Below, piece by piece: positions 61,863 through 64,000 of a stretch of 64,000 bases of DNA. The stretch is from an uncultured Verrucomicrobiae bacterium (lineage in GTDB: Bacteria; Verrucomicrobiota; Verrucomicrobiia; Chthoniobacterales; JAFAMB01). The stretch covers positions 1-64,000 of the forward strand of contig CAWEXO010000016.1 of the NCBI GenBank assembly GCA_963813025.1. The letters are read 5' to 3'. Within the stretch, counting starts at the first letter, position 1; every line of letters starts with the position of its first letter. Under the pieces are notes generated by a model, which made no database searches, had not been told where the DNA came from, and was given only the letters and a program-made list of their open reading frames with translations. Made by a program: the position numbers and the translations under genes.

Positions 61863-62411
61863 ATGGCGAGTGGTTCCCTCATCGATCCGCTTTTGCGGCA
61901 AGCTTTTTCTGCTCCTCTCCTGCTCCTGTGGCTGAGCGGTGGTCTGGTCCTCTGCGGCGTCCTGTTGTTTCTGATCCGGCAGATGCATCGACTGTTGCCG
62001 GCAAAGGTCTATGTGGAATCGGTCGCCAGCATTTTGACTCCTGCCGAAAGACTCTTTATGCAGAGCCTCGAGATCGCGACCGATGGGAGGTGGCGGATCT
62101 CCTTCAAGGTCCGGGTCGCGGATGTCATTGAGGTAACGAGTACGAATGGCCGGGAACGGCAGCGCCTGTTCCGACGGATCGCCGCCAAGCATATCGATTT
62201 TCTGCTTACCGACCCGGAAACATTCGAGCCAGTATTGGCCCTCGAGCTCGATGATTCTTCGCACGACCGAATCGAACGACGCCAACGTGACGAATTTCTC
62301 GATGAACTCTTCGCCGTCGCTCAGTTGCCGCTCGTGCGGGTCGATGCCGCCAGCCGGTATTCGCCAGACAAGATTTCCCGAGCTTTGAAGGCGGCACTCG
62401 TTGATCGCTAA
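61863..62411 (+). CDS. DUF2726 family protein
   Basis: N-terminal TM, LTPAE, KVRVADVI, KHIDFLL, LELDDSSH, RD. Confidence 0.85.
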   Translation: MASGSLIDPLLRQAFSAPLLLLWLSGGLVLCGVLLFLIRQMHRLLPAKVYVESVASILTPAERLFMQSLEIATDGRWRISFKVRVADVIEVTSTNGRERQRLFRRIAAKHIDFLLTDPETFEPVLALELDDSSHDRIERRQRDEFLDELFAVAQLPLVRVDAASRYSPDKISRALKAALVDR

Positions 62412-62470
62412 TTAAGAGTGCAGGTACTTGGCGCCTTCCTGGTGTGAGATCATGACCTCCTCGGTAAGAC

Positions 62471-62851
62471 TCACCGCCATTCGGCAAACTTGGAGACCCA
62501 CGTAAGTTTCGAAGCGTGCGCTTCGTTTTCTGCCACGAGCTCCGAGATTTTTCGGCGAAATTCCGCGACCGACCGGTCATTCCTCTTTGCGGCATTCGCG
62601 ATCAAATTGCTGATCATGAATTCCAGGAACACGTTTGATAGCTTCTCCAGGAAAACCACCTCAGGGGCATTTTGTTGGCGTAAAATCTCGAGATACCGAT
62701 TCAGTTCGGCCCACAAATTGCTGAGAGCCGCTTGCCGCGAAATCTCGGCCGCTGCCCGAGTCGTTCGCCATAATTGGATTGAGTAGAACGTGTAGATGAT
62801 GGTCGAGATCGAGACAGCCGTAGCGAGAATCAAAGAGATATTGGCATTCAT
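62471..62851 (-). CDS. Hypothetical membrane-anchored protein
   Basis: MNANISLILATAVSISTIIYTFYS hydrophobic N-terminus followed by a helical domain. Confidence 0.5.
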   Translation of the reverse strand: MNANISLILATAVSISTIIYTFYSIQLWRTTRAAAEISRQAALSNLWAELNRYLEILRQQNAPEVVFLEKLSNVFLEFMISNLIANAAKRNDRSVAEFRRKISELVAENEAHASKLTWVSKFAEWR

Positions 62852-62931
62852 GTGCGCCTTTCGAAGGGACAGAGGAAATAGTGTTAAGCAGACGCCGCGT
62901 GTGCAAGATGAACAGCAACGCGATAGTAGTC

Positions 62932-63110
62932 TTGGAGTGCGTGCGACTTGTCGCCGCTTTGAGATCGCGCGGAGCGCGCCGTAGCCGAGTCCGCGAAAGC
63001 GAAGGAGGGAACACCCCGCCACAAGTCGGCTCTTCGTTGGAACGCCGGACTCCATGGTACGGTCCTCGATTTGGCTAGCTCGCGCTCCGCACGAATCCTA
63101 AAGCGGCGAC
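62932..63110. repeat. Second copy of the GGAGTGCG REP/MITE-like family
   Basis: TTGGAGTGCGTGCGACTTGTCGCCGCTTTG identical to the start at 50091; inverted arm CGCGCTCCGC...AAAGCGGCGAC. Confidence 0.8.
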
Positions 63111-63198
63111 CCGCTCGCTGCCGGTCAAGCAGGAGCTTGCCCATACCGACGCAGAGCATATCCCATGGCGGAACTGGCATCCTGCCGATTCCGAGTAC

Positions 63199-64000
63199 TC
63201 ACTTTAATCCGGCGGCGGCCATCACACCTTGTGTGACTTTCTTTTGAAAGAGCAGGTAAGCCGCCGCGGTCGGCAACGATGCGAGTACGGCGATCGCTGA
63301 GGTCTTGGCGAAAGCTATTCCATAAGCCGACTGGACCTGAGTCATGCCGACCGGAATCGTGAGCATCGGAGTAGAATTGGTAATGATGAACGGCCAGAAA
63401 AAGTTGTTCCAGGTCCCGATGAAAGTCACGATGCTCATCGCCCACACCACACTCCAGTTCAGAGGTAAATAGAGGTTGAATAGAATGCGGAGCTCAGCCG
63501 CGCCGTCCATCACTGCCGCGTCTCGAAAGTCCCGCGGCACCTCATCAAAGAACTGCTTGAATACGACTACCGAAAGAGGCGTCGCAATTTGCGGAATGAT
63601 GATGCCCGCGTAGGTGTTGACCAGGTTGAGCCGATTCATCGTCAGGAAGAGTGGAATCGCCATCGCGCTGAACGGAAGCATAAATCCCAACAGCAACAGC
63701 CAGTAAACGAACCGTTTCCCGGCAAATTCAAGCCGGGAAAGTGCATAGCCGCACATCAAGGAAAGCACGACGGAGCACACGGTAACGATTGCCGAAACCA
63801 GAACGGTATTCAGATACCATCGAAAAATCGGGCTATTTTGAATGACATACCAGAAAGCTCCGAAATCCGGCGGCCAGGGGATCAAGCTGGGCGGACTAGC
63901 GATCGTGTCCGTCTCTGTTTTCAAGGCGGTAACGACGATCCAATAGACCGGCGACAGCCAGATTAATCCCAGAACGACGGTCAATAGAGTACATACGAGA
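63199..64000 (-). CDS. Carbohydrate ABC transporter permease (5' end probably outside the window)
   Basis: GYALSRL, DAAVMDGA, WNNFFWP, GLK terminus. Confidence 0.9.
   Translation of the reverse strand, partial: LVCTLLTVVLGLIWLSPVYWIVVTALKTETDTIASPPSLIPWPPDFGAFWYVIQNSPIFRWYLNTVLVSAIVTVCSVVLSLMCGYALSRLEFAGKRFVYWLLLLGFMLPFSAMAIPLFLTMNRLNLVNTYAGIIIPQIATPLSVVVFKQFFDEVPRDFRDAAVMDGAAELRILFNLYLPLNWSVVWAMSIVTFIGTWNNFFWPFIITNSTPMLTIPVGMTQVQSAYGIAFAKTSAIAVLASLPTAAAYLLFQKKVTQGVMAAAGLK

Noticed and set aside
1..64000. CRISPR array or cas genes
   Set aside because: No regularly spaced 25-45 bp repeats with unique spacers and no Cas motifs were seen.

Overview
Bacterial chromosomal window; gene content and repeat style suggest a soil verrucomicrobium (Chthoniobacterales-like), which is an inference only. 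Many single-base indels, mostly at homopolymers, suggest an unpolished long-read assembly. An approximately 40 kb mosaic accessory island (about 1.5-42.1 kb) lies between convergent tRNA-Gln(TTG, +) and tRNA-Thr(TGT, -) genes. It holds, in order: a truncated tyrosine integrase; an arsR-arsM-aquaporin-arsC operon; a divergent chrBA / DUF1259-ChrB_C-beta-propeller chromate module; csoR-copA; a second copper operon (Cys-rich leader ORF ending in a RAPP-like NAPP motif, DUF2231-like protein, Gln/Met-rich lipoprotein, TolC, multicopper oxidase); IS481/IS3/IS6 and unclassified transposase remnants; a sugar ABC/catabolic cluster; and a decayed defence locus (Mrr N-terminus joined to an HsdR C-terminus, plus an Avs-like nuclease-STAND gene), followed by a tRNA-Arg 3' scar. 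The right 22 kb is mostly core or metabolic genes (GH43, pcaD-like, clpX-like, recR, mnmA, ispA, nadE, NCS2, glycerate kinase). It also contains an intact IS630 inserted in a hexamer-repeat tract, a diverged duplicate of the pcaD 3' end, and several REP-like palindrome families. Best candidates for undescribed biology are the NAPP leader ORF copper operon, the expanded chr module, and the sugar-acid catabolic cluster. All family assignments are from motif recognition, not database searches.
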